From positions 48,918,001-48,982,000 of the forward strand of contig OX597822.1 in NCBI GenBank assembly GCA_951406725.2: a DNA stretch of 64,000 nucleotides. Direction: 5' to 3'. The notes under the pieces are model-generated. The model was not told the origin of the DNA and made no database searches. It saw nothing but the letters and a program-made list of their open reading frames with translations. The DNA comes from Octopus vulgaris (taxonomy: Eukaryota). Numbering within the stretch: position 1 is the first letter of the stretch; every line of letters begins with the position of its first letter. Shown one piece after another: positions 1 through 12,029 of this stretch. Position numbers and translations under genes: made by a program.

Positions 1-522
1 GGAAATCACTGTCCTGGACCAGCAAAATTGGATTGGCCAAGGAGTTGAAATCATTGCTCAAACTGATCCAATCAACTTCGATAAAATTCCACATCAAATC
101 AAACTGACAGACGATTTGAATTTGCACTCATGTGTTTTCCCCTCCCTGCCTGAGGTTATCATGGTCGTTTCCATAGGCTTTTCTTTCCACAGATAAACCT
201 AGTCTATTTTTTACATTTATGATATTTTCTGTGATACATGATCCCTTTTGATTTTCTTTTTTTTTTTTTTTACACAATCCTTTTTGATTGGAAATTTATT
301 TTCTTTTTTGTCTATTTTCAAAAAGAAAAGCTCTACATTGTATTTTGACCCTTCTGTGTTCGGCCCTGAGTGGCTAATAAAGAAACTTATTTTATATTTC
401 ATCTGAAAGGACAAAAAGTTAAGTCAGCTAAGGATTGCCAATAACACAGACATGAGATTGACAAAGATTCTACAATTCCTGCAGTTAGAAGTAACTCCAA
501 GCAAAAAAATATATATATAATT

Positions 523-934
523 GTTTCTACTATAGGTAGAGGGCCAGAAATTTTGGGGGAGGGACTGGTTGATTACATTGACCCCCAATGCTAAAGTGGT
601 ATTTATTTTGACCCTGAAAGGATGAAAGGCAAAGTCGACATTGGTGGAATTTGAACTCAGAATGAAAAGATGGGTGAAATGCCAAGTATTTTGCCCAGCA
701 TGCCATTATTATTATTATTCATATCATTATTAATAAAACCTTTCTACTGGAGGCACAAGGCCTCAAATTTTGGTGGGCGGGGACTAGTGTTTTCATTGGT
801 ACTTAATTTATCAACCCAGAAAGGATGAAAGACAAAGTCAACCTCAGCGAAATTTGAACTCAGAATGTAGTGGCTGATGAAATACAGCTAAGCATTTCAC
901 CCAGTGTGCTAACGATTCTGCCAGCTCACCGCCT
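523..934 (-). mobile_element. Two tandem copies of a SINE with central TTTCATCCTTTCGGGGTCGATAAA..GTACCAG domain (Meta-domain-like)
   Basis: Reverse-complement matches the copies at 26893-27293 and 60988-61170; (ATT)n tails. Confidence 0.7.
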
Positions 935-1099
935 TAAATCATTAATAATAACAATAATGCTTTTAAATTCACAACTAAGAGTTCACAAAAAACATTTGGG
1001 GCAGAACAGGACAACAAAATGTAGGATTACATAGAATAATATAAAAAGAAAAAAAAAATATATGTATAAATTTTAATAATGATTAATTCCCCCAAAATG

Positions 1100-4040
1100 G
1101 GAGACTTCTTACAGATACCATAACCACCAAGGCAAGCGCCCTCTCCACAACATCTTCTTTCAATTCACAGGCACATGCTTAGAGTAGGCCCATTCATGCC
1201 ACAACCATTCTTCAACAAAATAGTTGGGAGGGAACATTTCCCTCTGAACCTCACTTTTCTTTTCAAGTGAAACTTGAAAAAGTTGATGAGGACTTGACAA
1301 AGAGGAAATTATCATCTTCACCCTTTTCAATCTGGTCCACCATACAACCTCTTTTGCTAAGGCCACCAGACAAAGGGAACACTTCCTGCCCTTCTTGGCC
1401 AAAGGAAGGCAGTGTCTCCACAATGGACTCGACTGATAGTCGGATCTGTTCTACATGTGATAGCACGTTCAACATAAACACACAAGTCAGCAATACTAAA
1501 GCACTGGATGAGAGCATACACAACAGTTCTCTTGCTCTGCGCACATCTCAGGCAAGCCCAGCTGATGGCACTTCCATGCCTGTAGAGTTTATCCTGAACT
1601 GGCAATACCTGCAGTAGCACTACCAAGCCAAGAATTTCTAGAAATTTTCCATAGGCCCCAGCCTGAAAGTTCTCTGGAACAGACCAACCAGTTGATACTT
1701 GACACCTACAGTACCCTAGAGAACATCATCACACTTTCCCACCACCAAACATCTACAGAACTTTCACCAACCACATTGCCCAATTGACAGAGAATTGTTA
1801 GTGCTTGGCAACACTCCTGGCGCCAGGCACCCTACCTTTGCCTATGCTTGACCCACGACTGCAGCTCAAAGAAACAAGCTGCAGAAGAGTGAGTCCGATA
1901 AATGGCAACCACGCCTGCTCACCCTCAAGAAAGCGCTGGAGATGTCATAGGCTCAGCACACATCTGTGCAAGAGCAGCCACAGTCTTACCTAGTCATTTC
2001 GTGAATGACACATTCAAGAAATTCAGTCACCTGTCAGGCAGTTGGAAACGTCTGAGCAAGATTGCGAAACTTTTGCAACTGCCACCTCTAACACCACATA
2101 ATCTAAATATATATCCAAGATGACATTCCAATGACCCATTAGCACTAAAGGTCAAGACGTTTCCAGCAAAATATCCAAACATCTGAAGAAATCTGGTTGT
2201 CCTGCTCCTATCAAAGATTAAACAGCTATCAGTCTGAAGGCTCCCTATCGCTACTGTTCACATCCAGGACTACCAATTTAACTTCTGGGTCCAGGAAAAT
2301 GGCCCTTATTTTGAGATGCAGACCTCTCTGGAAGAACACTGCAGTTCCACCCTCATTCCCAGTTGACAAGAAAGTAAATCGCATATCCACTGCAAATGGA
2401 TACAAAAGCTCTGAGTGACCTGAGGTTGTAGAGTAGGCGGCTATTCCTAAAGGAATGCCAGACCATGCGCATTTATACTACCTCTCCTAAGCAAAGCCAT
2501 GTTTGTTAGAGAGAAGAAGAGCGAGGAGAATTACTTACCCTATTTCTGTTGAGAGACAAGTGTTGTCCTAGACATTTGTGGGGCTCTCCACAAGCATTTC
2601 TTTGTTGTTCAGTCTTATTTATGGCCACACAGAAATCTCCCATGCCTTTGGGATATTTTGTTTTCAGTTTATTACAGTGTTCTTATAATTTTCAAGGAGT
2701 GTTGAAAATGTGATGGACTGGTTTAGAGTAATGTCTGTATATTTTTGAATGTGTTTTATCAAGTCTGTGTAGTTGATGATGCCTTGAGAGTGCTGCTTGT
2801 GTTGTTGGTGTGAATTGCTAGGCGTTTTCATTTGCTTGGGTGTTTCTACTTATGTTGGTGTAGAGCATGTAGATATGTGATGGTTTGTTGTTTTCTGTGT
2901 CTTCTCTAATTTTTTTCATTTTTCTTTTTTTTCCCTCCCACTTTCACCAGGATCAATTCCTTGCTAGACAAGTTTTCACAGCGAGGTACCCTTGCACATT
3001 TCTAAGCTTGTGGATTCGTCAACTGGTCTAGGTGAGGCTTCATTTGGTTGCAATGGTTGATTTTTCTTGGATGTGGTATATCAATAGATCTCTGCTGTTG
3101 CTGCTGCTTTTAATGCTGAAGATGTCGGCAGCAGCTGGGATTTTCCTTTCCTTTGCTTAGGGCAGAATGCCTTTAAGTGGTTTGTCTCGCCACAAATGTA
3201 CCATCTCGGCTTTCTGTCCTCAACTGTTATGAACAGCTGTGCACCATTAGGGACATTGATCAGATCATCAATAGTTCTTGGTCGGTCTCTATTGATAATT
3301 CCTTTCCCATTTTATGCACTTAGAGAATCATTATTTTATTCTCTAATACCGTATAATATGGCTGCCACAAGCAAAGATGTTCGCTTCTGGTGGTACCGCT
3401 ACTATTTTTTCACCATCCTCTGACTGAGGTATGTTGGAATTAGTAGCAATTCTTCAGTTGGGAATTTCAGTGCCAAAGCATCGCCCATAGACATGTTTTC
3501 ATCTCCCATACTGATCTCAGGAATATTTCAATCTGGGCCTGCATCGAAAGCTCTGGTCTTCTGGTTTTTGATGAAATACATTTTTTTTAAAATCTTGTAT
3601 TTCCTTTGGTGGATTCAGAAACATTGTTCTCCCTTTGATATCACTTAACGTTTTTCCTGAAGCGTGAACTTTCTCCAGACGAAACACGCTTACGTGAAAT
3701 CGTTCCCATTTTGTTTAGAAATAAGAACAGCTGTTTCAGTTCTCTACGTTGGTCATAACGGTGGTAATAATGTTGATTTGGGTTTCGTTGGTCGATGAGT
3801 TCGGTGCCGATGTTCGCATTAAGTCAATTTCGTAGTTCGAACAACGTGTTGCTATGTCGTCGTGTCACTGCCGCTCTGCTGCTGTTTGTTGTTGTAATTT
3901 ACTCGATTTGAATTTGAACTTTTGTGAAAGTTCACCTCCCACTTTCAGGACAACAACCAACGACTATGTAGCCTGCAACTCTCTATTAATGTTACCTCTC
4001 ACTTCTTTTCCGTCTTCCAGGGCACCGAGAAATGGCAGGT
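1100..4040 (-). mobile_element. Decayed, internally deleted Tx1/L1-like LINE (ORF1 zinc knuckle, AP endonuclease, zf-RVT remnants)
   Basis: Minus-strand translation gives an ORF1-like knuckle WYICGETNHLKAFCP (~3160-3205), endonuclease-like GGTAVFF...LVVLDV...LVLMGHWNVILD (~2100-2350) and a zf-RVT-like LPVQDKLYRHG..ACLRCAQSKRTVVYALIQC (~1500-1610). Order is colinear; many stops. Boundaries approximate. Confidence 0.7.
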
Positions 4041-4434
4041 AGCACCGTGTTGGATGTGAAAGAATTGTTTTTTCTCAAAATAAAACATTTTTTCTTTTCA
4101 AATTAAAGCCCGCAAAGGAGCACAAACAAATAAACAAACAGATTTATGCAATGCTGGTGGCTTTCACAAGTATTGTTTTAAAACAAAGTTTAAATAACTA
4201 ACAACTTTTGAAGACACAAACAGAAACTTTTAAGCAGGGCGACCAAAGCCCAACCGGTGCAAATATTATCTTGTCTAGGCACAAGGCCTGAAATTTCGAT
4301 TTAGGGACTGGCGGATTATCAAGCTGGTACTTGTTTAACAACCCCCGAAAGAATTTGAATAAATAATAATCAGCGGAGTTTTGAAATAGCTATCCTTCGA
4401 ACTCCCATTCCTCACGGAGAACAAAATTTAGAAG

Positions 4435-4471
<37 letters not shown>

Positions 4472-5494
4472 AAAAAAATAAATTTTCACAATTTTTTTCT
4501 CAATTAGACGAAAACAAAATCTTTTCCTTTCTCAGTTAGGGTTGGGGCTTCAAGGGACAACTTTCCAAAAAAAAACAAAAAAAAAACACCAGTTGCTGCT
4601 AAATAATTTCTCTCCCTGGCCATCCTCCGGTGCAACGCCTTTTTCATTTTTGTCTACTGGGACAATGAAGCAATCAGAATTACAAGAAATTGTACATTCC
4701 ACTCTTTAATATAAATTTACTCCATATAGACTGCTCTTAAATTCACATTCACTCGCTCGTCATTGCCTTCGCGGTTGAGGACGAGACCTTTAACCTTCGA
4801 TTAAACACTTCGTTATCAAAATTGTTGAGCTGGCTTAGAGGGAATAAATCTATAAAGAAATACGAAAAAAAAAAAAAAAGACAAATCACCACGAAGGTTC
4901 TTTTTTTTTTTGTTTTCCTTTGTATCTTGCACCACGCCCACAGCAGACTATACTCTCGATAACAATATGCAGAAATTTTTTTTTTATACTAGGCACAAGG
5001 CCGTTTGTTGTTTTTACTTCCTTTACAAAACATGGTAATACAGTAATAAGACTACTATGTTGCCGTAAAGTTTAGAACTGAAAACAGGCAGAGAACTAAC
5101 ATTTTAAAAATTAGTCCAGCACTCAACTGTATCAGGAATGGATACGAAAGTATTCTCTCAAGTTTTTAGACAGACAAATAATATGAATAAGAGATAAAAA
5201 GAAAATTGGCAAGCTTATAACAGCTGCCCTCAAAGTATACACAATCCACGGACAAATTATAAATGGGGTTAAAAGAAAATGTTCAAGTCAGGTCGTATAA
5301 TTCATCCATGAGTCCGTTGTTCGGTAGCTGTTGGCTTTACTTACCAATCGAACATTGTTCATTATTTAATCGCACCTGTCACTGCACAACATCTTTTTTC
5401 GTGTTTTTCTTTCACTGTCTTTTTCTTTTCTTTTCCTTTTTTTTAAAAATAAATTTGGTTTCTGAAATCTCATCGTGTCAGTTTGTTTTGTTCT

Positions 5495-5800
5495 TTAATC
5501 TCGTTTGAAAGTATAAACAGTCTTGGCTCCTTCTTTCCAGGCCGAATAGACAAACAACGCTAGGATAATGTGAACGGTGAAAATGGAAACGATGGCTGCA
5601 TAGAAATAGGAATCGCTGTTGGACATTTTGAAGATATTCTCGAAGATAAGCCATTTACTGAGGAAATAGCTGAGAATCGGCAATGTAAGCATTGCCGTAC
5701 TGAAAAACATCATTGTTTTAACAACGGTACCAGAATCGCTGCTATCATCGTCTTCACGGATTCCTTGGAGTCCAGAGTCGGGAGGAAGCATATTTTTCAT
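5495..5800 (-). CDS. VMA21: Vacuolar ATPase assembly integral membrane protein VMA21 (101 aa, single coding exon)
   Basis: ORF contains KTMMFFSTAMLTLPILSYF...IFE..F.MSNSDSYFYAAIVSIFTVHIILALFVYSAWKEG...KRD. This matches human VMA21 as recalled (KTLLFFTALMITVPIGLYF..MSNRDSYFYAAIVAVVAVHVVLALFVYVAWNEG..KQD), with two TM helices and the same length. Confidence 0.95.
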   Translation of the reverse strand: MKNMLPPDSGLQGIREDDDSSDSGTVVKTMMFFSTAMLTLPILSYFLSKWLIFENIFKMSNSDSYFYAAIVSIFTVHIILALFVYSAWKEGAKTVYTFKRD

Positions 5801-6017
5801 TTTACAAATAAACCAGTAAATATAAATATGCGTATATATTATACTGTATGTATTATACTGTATGTATATACACTTCTATTAGTAATGCGTGCAAATAAGG
5901 CAAAGTGCGCGCTATAAATGTCCTTTTTCAGGTGGTTAGGCGGAAATGAATTTTCCTGTTTTATTCGTCAGAGAGTTCGTATAATTAAGAGTTAATTCCC
6001 CTCTCAAGATTTATTTA

Positions 6018-6285
<268 letters not shown>

Positions 6286-6349
6286 TGTCAGTTATTAGAA
6301 TGCGGTACTTCTTTCGGTCAAAGATTTGACACAAGGACATTGTCAAGGG

Positions 6350-7870
6350 TAGTGGCGGACTAGCCAGGTTGGCAGCTTGCCCGACGGCAAGTAGTTACCT
6401 GCGCCATTAGAATCCATATATGGGGGCCCATTCCCTCTAGTTTGAGATTTTTAAAATTCACTCCTGGAAGAATGCATGAATCATTTCAGCCTGGCTGTGT
6501 TTGTAGACAGTTGAAAAGAATACTTTAAAAAAAAAAAAAAAAAAAGATAGCATTGTAGTTGTCTCATGGCAACCAATATATTTAGAACCAGTCTGCCACT
6601 AGCCAAGGGATTCTCTGGACTCTTGTGCACCTTGTACAATTTGTAACACCCTCTATAGGAACACTCATCTGTATACCCATGCTTGTATATCCTATTTTTC
6701 TGAAATTTTTCTCCCCACCCCATCAGAAAAAAAATTCCTACAAATTTCTTTATAATTGTAATCTATGTCGTTTGAAAAGTATTTGTATAAACTTTCATGA
6801 AAGAATATCCATTTTATTGAAAGTTATGAGAGAAAAAATCAGATCGTGTGAATTTCCCCCAAATCCTCTCTCCACCCCTTCGGAAAAATAATTTCTCCAA
6901 AAATTTCTCTATAATCGTAATCTATGCCATTTGAAAGGTATTTATATAAAATTTCATTGAAAGATATGCATTTTCCTGAAAGTTATTAGGGAAAAATCGG
7001 ATCATGTGAATTTTCCGAGAGGCTTCTCCCCACCCCTGGTTCGTTTGCGCAAATTTTAGTTTTCAGATTCGTTTACTACACATTTTTTTTATACCTATTA
7101 CACTTGTTAGTTTTTTTTTTTTTTTTTTTGGTGGCTGGGTGTTAAACTAGATATTAATCTTTTTTAATCCTCATAGAAAATAGAGATTACGAATCTTTAA
7201 GAAATAAAAAAAGAAAAAAAGCTTTTCTTAAAGAAATACTCAAATCCCCTTCCCCAACCTCTTTTAGCTTTTTTGAAAGCGGGGAAGTTTTTTTCCAGAA
7301 ATAATGTCGTTTAGCTGTTGTTTCTCGCATGTTGGGTTTTCTGGTGGTGGTCTTATATATTTGACGTCTGCTATTTCAGTAGAATTCTACGCATGCGTGA
7401 AACATCAGGCGAAAGTGAAACATTCGGAGTTTTTAGCTTTTTGAAAGCGGGGAGGTGATGGGTGTTTCTCTAAGAAAAATTAAAATAAAAAAAAAAAAAT
7501 TCCCAGATTCATAATCTCTGTATATTTTTACGTGGCTTGGATCTTTTCACTTAAAGTGAAAAGATCCGATCCCGTGGCTTGATTAAAAAATTCGAAAAAA
7601 AGTTTAAAATTAAGAAATTGAAGTGGGATGCGGGAAATTAAAATTTTGAAAACGTGATTTTGGTGGAAAAACTGTATTTTCCTAAACACCGGAAATGGGC
7701 GATGTACACGCGCTTTACCTTCGCCAATGTTTTTCTCGGAAATTTTTTGTCTTTTTTATCTCCATGTCAATCGTCAAATTATAATTTATATCAATAAAAG
7801 GAATCCAGAAAATTTCATCGAAAAATATTTATTTTAAAGGAAGTTATGGGGGAAACAAACTCGGCTTTAG
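6350..7870. mobile_element. Cluster of non-autonomous DNA-transposon remnants with ~160-bp internal tandem repeats
   Basis: Diverged duplicate units at ~6742-6880 and ~6902-7037; TTTTAGCTTTTTGAAAGCGGGGA at ~7262 and ~7432; TIR-like end CTTTACCTTCGCC at ~7713 shared with the 9234 MITE. Confidence 0.5.
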
Positions 7871-8221
7871 TAGTCATTGTTAGAAGTAAATAATATTTTT
7901 TTTTTTATTTTGCATCAGAAACTTAGTACTTTGACCCAACTTAATCGAGATTACACTCTATATTCATTCAAACCACACCACACAAAGCTAACAAAAAGAA
8001 AAAAACAACAACACTTTAGGCAAATATCTAAACTACATAAATTACAGAACAAAGAGATGATTGCATTATGACTTATCCGCTGACGAAAATAAAGAAGTTA
8101 GATTAAACGTTTCTGCATTAACTTTTAGTAACGTTGGCAGAGATTAGAAATTTCATTTCTGATAAGCATTAGAAGAAAAACGATAATCGCCGGAAACATT
8201 TGGACTAACGTATATTTTTAA

Positions 8222-8228
8222 TCACGTG
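8222..8228 (+). promoter_or_regulatory. E-box TCACGTG (CLEAR/MiT-TFE-like core) ~35 nt upstream of the NAGLU ATG
   Basis: Sequence atcacgtgta at 8221. CLEAR elements (GTCACGTGAC consensus) typically lie near lysosomal gene starts. Function is inferred. Confidence 0.4.
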
Positions 8229-8263
8229 TATATGAGGAAATTAGATCACATTTCATTACAAGC

Positions 8264-8284
8264 ATGACTTCCCAACTGGCTCTG
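8264..8284 (+). CDS. NAGLU: NAGLU coding exon 1 (MTSQLAL), phase-0 donor GTAAGG
   Basis: agcATG start; splicing to 19687 yields the signal peptide MTSQLALLIFLLTFGINSSTR. Short exon, so inferred from phase and hydrophobicity. Confidence 0.65.
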
Positions 8285-8660
8285 GTAAGGCGCTTTCGTT
8301 TTATTATTTAAAATTGTTCAACATTTGGTAGTTCCAGGCAAATTTTATATAGCATCACCTGCTACACTTCCGTGTTGCTGAGATGTGTGCAACATTGTCA
8401 CTTCTTTCTGTTGTTGGGAGTGTGCGAACTCTTCCCGGTATTGAAATAAGTCAGTTTTTCTCTCCTGGGGTGTGGCGCAGTCTTTTGTTGTATTATTATT
8501 ACTATTATTATTATTCTTATTATTATCTTTCATCCTTTCGGGGTTGATAAAACAAGTACCAGTGAAACACTGGGGTCAATATAATCGACTAGTCCCCACC
8601 CCAGAAATTTGAGGCCTTGTGTCTCCAGTAGAAAGGATTATTATTATTATTATTATTATT

Positions 8661-8818
8661 GGCGATGCTTCGGTATAGGTACACACGTGACTTCGTTTAC
8701 ATTTCTGAAGACAACAGAAACCCTTTTCTCTCACCTCTAACCCTAAACCTAACCCCTCCATATATATAAAAAAAACACTTTCTTGAAATGTATCCGGTAC
8801 ATATACCGAAGGTTCGCC
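8661..8818. mobile_element. MITE with GG-terminal TIRs and internal CCCTAA-like repeats
   Basis: TIRs GGCGATGCTTCGGTATAGGTAC / GTACATATACCGAAGGTTCGCC; flanked by ttattatt on both sides (within a microsatellite, so TSD ambiguous). Confidence 0.75.
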
Positions 8819-9233
8819 TTATTATTATTATTATTATACATTATTATTACCTTTCGGGGTCGATAAAATAAGTACCAGTTGAACACTGGCGTCGATGTAA
8901 TCGACTCATTCTTTCCCACAAATTGCTTCCCTTATTGTCTCTTACTGTTATTACAATAACAAAGAAAACCAAATAGATATTTTTAAAAAAATAGTAAGAC
9001 AACAATTATTACTACAAGGGAACTTTTACGTCGTTGTTTGATCTACAAGAAATATATTTAATCTGCTCTTTCAATGTTCAGCAGAAACCGAAAACAACAA
9101 CCAAAACTGTAGGAACCCGTCACTCGATCTGCTAAAAATAGCAGCCGAATATCACTTAAATCACATTCCACCAAATGAAATCAAAGCAAGAATACATTGG
9201 ATAATATAGTGAAAAGTCTTGGATGGAAAGTTT

Positions 9234-9356
9234 GGCAGGGGTAAAGAATATGCACACCACTCGTTTTCGGCGTAACAAAACCCTAACCCTTAACCTTAAC
9301 CCCTAACCCTAACCCCTAACTCTAAATACCTAGTATGCGTATTCTTTACCTTCGCC
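9234..9356. mobile_element. MITE with GG-terminal TIRs, 9-bp TSD and internal telomere-like repeats (Merlin-like)
   Basis: TIRs GGCAGGGGTAAAGAATATGCACAC / GTATGCGTATTCTTTACCTTCGCC; TSD ggaaagttt/agaaagttt; (CCCTAA)n-like core ~9279-9325. Confidence 0.8.
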
Positions 9357-9486
9357 AGAAAGTTTTTGGTGAAAGGTCTGCTCAGTTAGGTTTGACTTAG
9401 GGCGAAACAACAACAAAAGGGCAAATTTTTATTTTCATATATAACATATAAACATGTACATTACAATTAAATTTAGTTGACTATTT

Positions 9487-9745
9487 GGATATTTTCGCTT
9501 TGACCGGCAGATTTTAAAAATAATTTCTTTGTAACTAAACACTTTTAAACTTCGTATACTGGTAGAATGTGTTTATAAAACATCTTTTTCTCTTGGCTTT
9601 CTTGAGAAAATTCTGTAGTTTGTAAGCTATTTGTTCTTTAATTTCTTGCATTTCGGCAATTTCAACCAATCAATGACGTCTATTGAGGTGAATTCAATAT
9701 CTCTGAATCGTTGTCAACAACAGTAATTTGCGGTGCCATATGAAA
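9487..9745 (+). mobile_element. Truncated copy of the 50987-51423 MITE family
   Basis: Starts GGATATTTTCGCTTTGACCGGCAG and shares TTTTAAACTTCGTATACTGGTAGAATGTGTTTATAAAACATCTTTTTCTCTTGGCTTT with the copy at ~51040-51100. Confidence 0.8.
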
Positions 9746-9749
9746 TTTT

Positions 9750-11856
9750 AGACCAGTAGGTCTAAAATCACCAGATTTCTTTTTCACTAAATGAAGTAGT
9801 GAAGACCAGTTACTCTTTGAAGGACGAATTATTCCAAGCTGGAGCATGTGGCTGAACTCAGCTTTAGCAGCTTTGAGTTCCTCAGGTGGTAAACGTCTAG
9901 GACGCGAGAAAACGTGATATCCATTGGTGGTTATATGATGAGTAGTTGTATGTGCTGAAGCATTGACATTAAAAGTTAAATTAGTTAACTCAGGAAAGGA
10001 TTGAAGCAAGGCTTGATATTTATCTGGTTGATTTGCAACAAAAAATAGCGGGCTGACAGAAGTGGAATTGAAATATCTTCTTAAAGCATATAACTGTGTA
10101 CTGCTATCGATAAGTCTCTTTCTTTTGACATCCACTAATAGTGAAAAATAATGGAGAAAAATCAGCTCTTAAAATTGGATGAGGAAGGTCAGCAATGATG
10201 AAAACCCACTGGAAACTTCGTCTAAGATTTAGGTCCAGTGTGAGTGAAATCTCACTGAAAGTTTTAATAGGAGAGCAGTTGAGTGCTTGAAGAAATATAT
10301 CAGAAAGGAAAAGTTTTTCTTTGACAAATTTAGACTGTCATATACTGCAGGACACTCTGGAATCTACTAGAAATTCCTTCTTAGACTTGAAATCAAGTAT
10401 GAAAAATGTGCAACTAGGAGAAAATGTGCCAGGAACTGTGGTCATGCTTGGAGTTTGGCATTTTAGTTTTGCTGAGTTTTAAATGTACAAGGTGAAATGC
10501 ACTTCTTAGCTGCAGAACCAAACTTATGATGATACCAGCAAAAAGGTTTTGATCTGCTGGGAGAACGGGAACTAGAACGACAATAGCAACCAGGTGAAGA
10601 ACTTCTATTGCAACGCAAGAAAGGAATTTCTACAACTAGCTTATCCATAGTCCTCTGTGTAGATTCACAAAATTATTTGAATTCAGAAGAAACTGTTGCA
10701 ACGGACAAAGGAGAGTTGTTCTGTTCTGGAGTAGATTTTGTATACACCAAAATTTTATCTGCCGATGCTGCAAGTTGGTCAAATGGGCGAGCATACCTTG
10801 AACATACTGTGGAAATTTGGAGAAAAAGAGTTGTTTAAGCAACTTACTTTCAGCAGGGTTGTCCTCTGTGAGCTGGTGCATTTTTCAGAGCATTTGCAAT
10901 GGTGTTCTGTTTCCTAAATGCTTGTTGTTGAGAAGTTTTTGAAACTTCTTTTTGGGAAAGAGTGAAGTTCATCGTAAAATTTCATTTTTGATTGATGAAT
11001 ATGTTACATCTGCTGGTGGAGCTGTAATAATATCACACAGTTCTCCAGTTAATGATGGTGGTATAGAACTAAATAAAATGTAGAGCTGCTGTTGGTCTGT
11101 ATTGTGTGTGTTTGCCGAGAAAAATGCTTCTAACTGGGCAAACCAGACAGCGATATCTCCTGCAAAAATTGGTATTACTGGATAATTCATAGCAGATATC
11201 ATCGTCGTATGAGTTGAAGAAAATTGTGACATGGAAAGTATTAGAATATAACTAAATATATTTAGTTATAACTAAATTATTCTCTCGTTGGTTGGTTACT
11301 AATTTATGTGGTGACCTTTTATTTTCCAGGGTAGAATTCAGGATCCACGTTGGTTCGTCACTAATTTATGTAGTGTGGTTCAGTATCAAGTATTGAAATG
11401 GCTGCATGTATATTATTAGAAGGATTTTTACAAAAAAGAAGAATAAATTTAAAAACTATATATTTAATACATAAAAATATATTTTATTCATTGGTTGTTG
11501 ATGAAATATAATCAAAATGTAGAATCTAATTGAATGAAGTAATCTATGCAAGAAAGTTCAGAAATGTAGAAATAACAGCTAAGTGATGGTTTTCAGTCAC
11601 GTGGCATAATGAAAGACAGGCATAGCAATGACATGAATGGCTCAGAGTCTAGTCGACTAAGAAGCAAAGAGCAGGGCAAGCAAGCTGTTTTTATTAATGG
11701 AATTTTAGACATTCTAGAAACTTCCAAGAGAAACGTGAAGCTTCTTGAATAATTAAGAATTACTTCTCATGATGTAGGTGTTTTGAGAAACTTATTAAAG
11801 GGAGATTACTCTATAAAACTTCTTGCAAGATAGATCATTCAACTATTTTAGCTACA
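9750..11856 (-). mobile_element. Decayed Gypsy/Ty3 LTR retrotransposon 5' part (LTR 11369-11856, gag, protease, RT start)
   Basis: LTR with TGTAG..CTACA termini; gag WFAQLEAFF and CWYHHKFGSAAKKCISPC; RT N-terminus RPRRLPPEELKAAKAEFSHMLQLGIIRPSKSNWSSLLHLVKKKSGDFRP; frameshifts and stops. Confidence 0.9.
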
Positions 11857-12029
11857 GACCACATACTACTATAGACACTACTGCTATCAAAGAAATGGCC
11901 ATGCCAGATTTGTAGAAAAGTATATATAGGAATTCTATGTAGTGTACCCAGTGGCTGGTGTTAAGAAGAACATCCAGCTACAGAAAAATTGTACCTAACA
12001 TGGAGTATATTAGCAAGATGTGGTTACAT

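Noticed and set aside
1-400. 64-codon open plus-strand frame followed by AATAAA
   Set aside because: No recognisable protein; the 3' end resembles the repeat tails seen elsewhere in the window.
5570-5917. 115-aa plus-strand ORF
   Set aside because: Antisense shadow of VMA21 with no recognisable motif.
9279-9325. Telomere or chromosome-fusion signature
   Set aside because: Short degenerate tracts enclosed within TIR elements; not terminal arrays.
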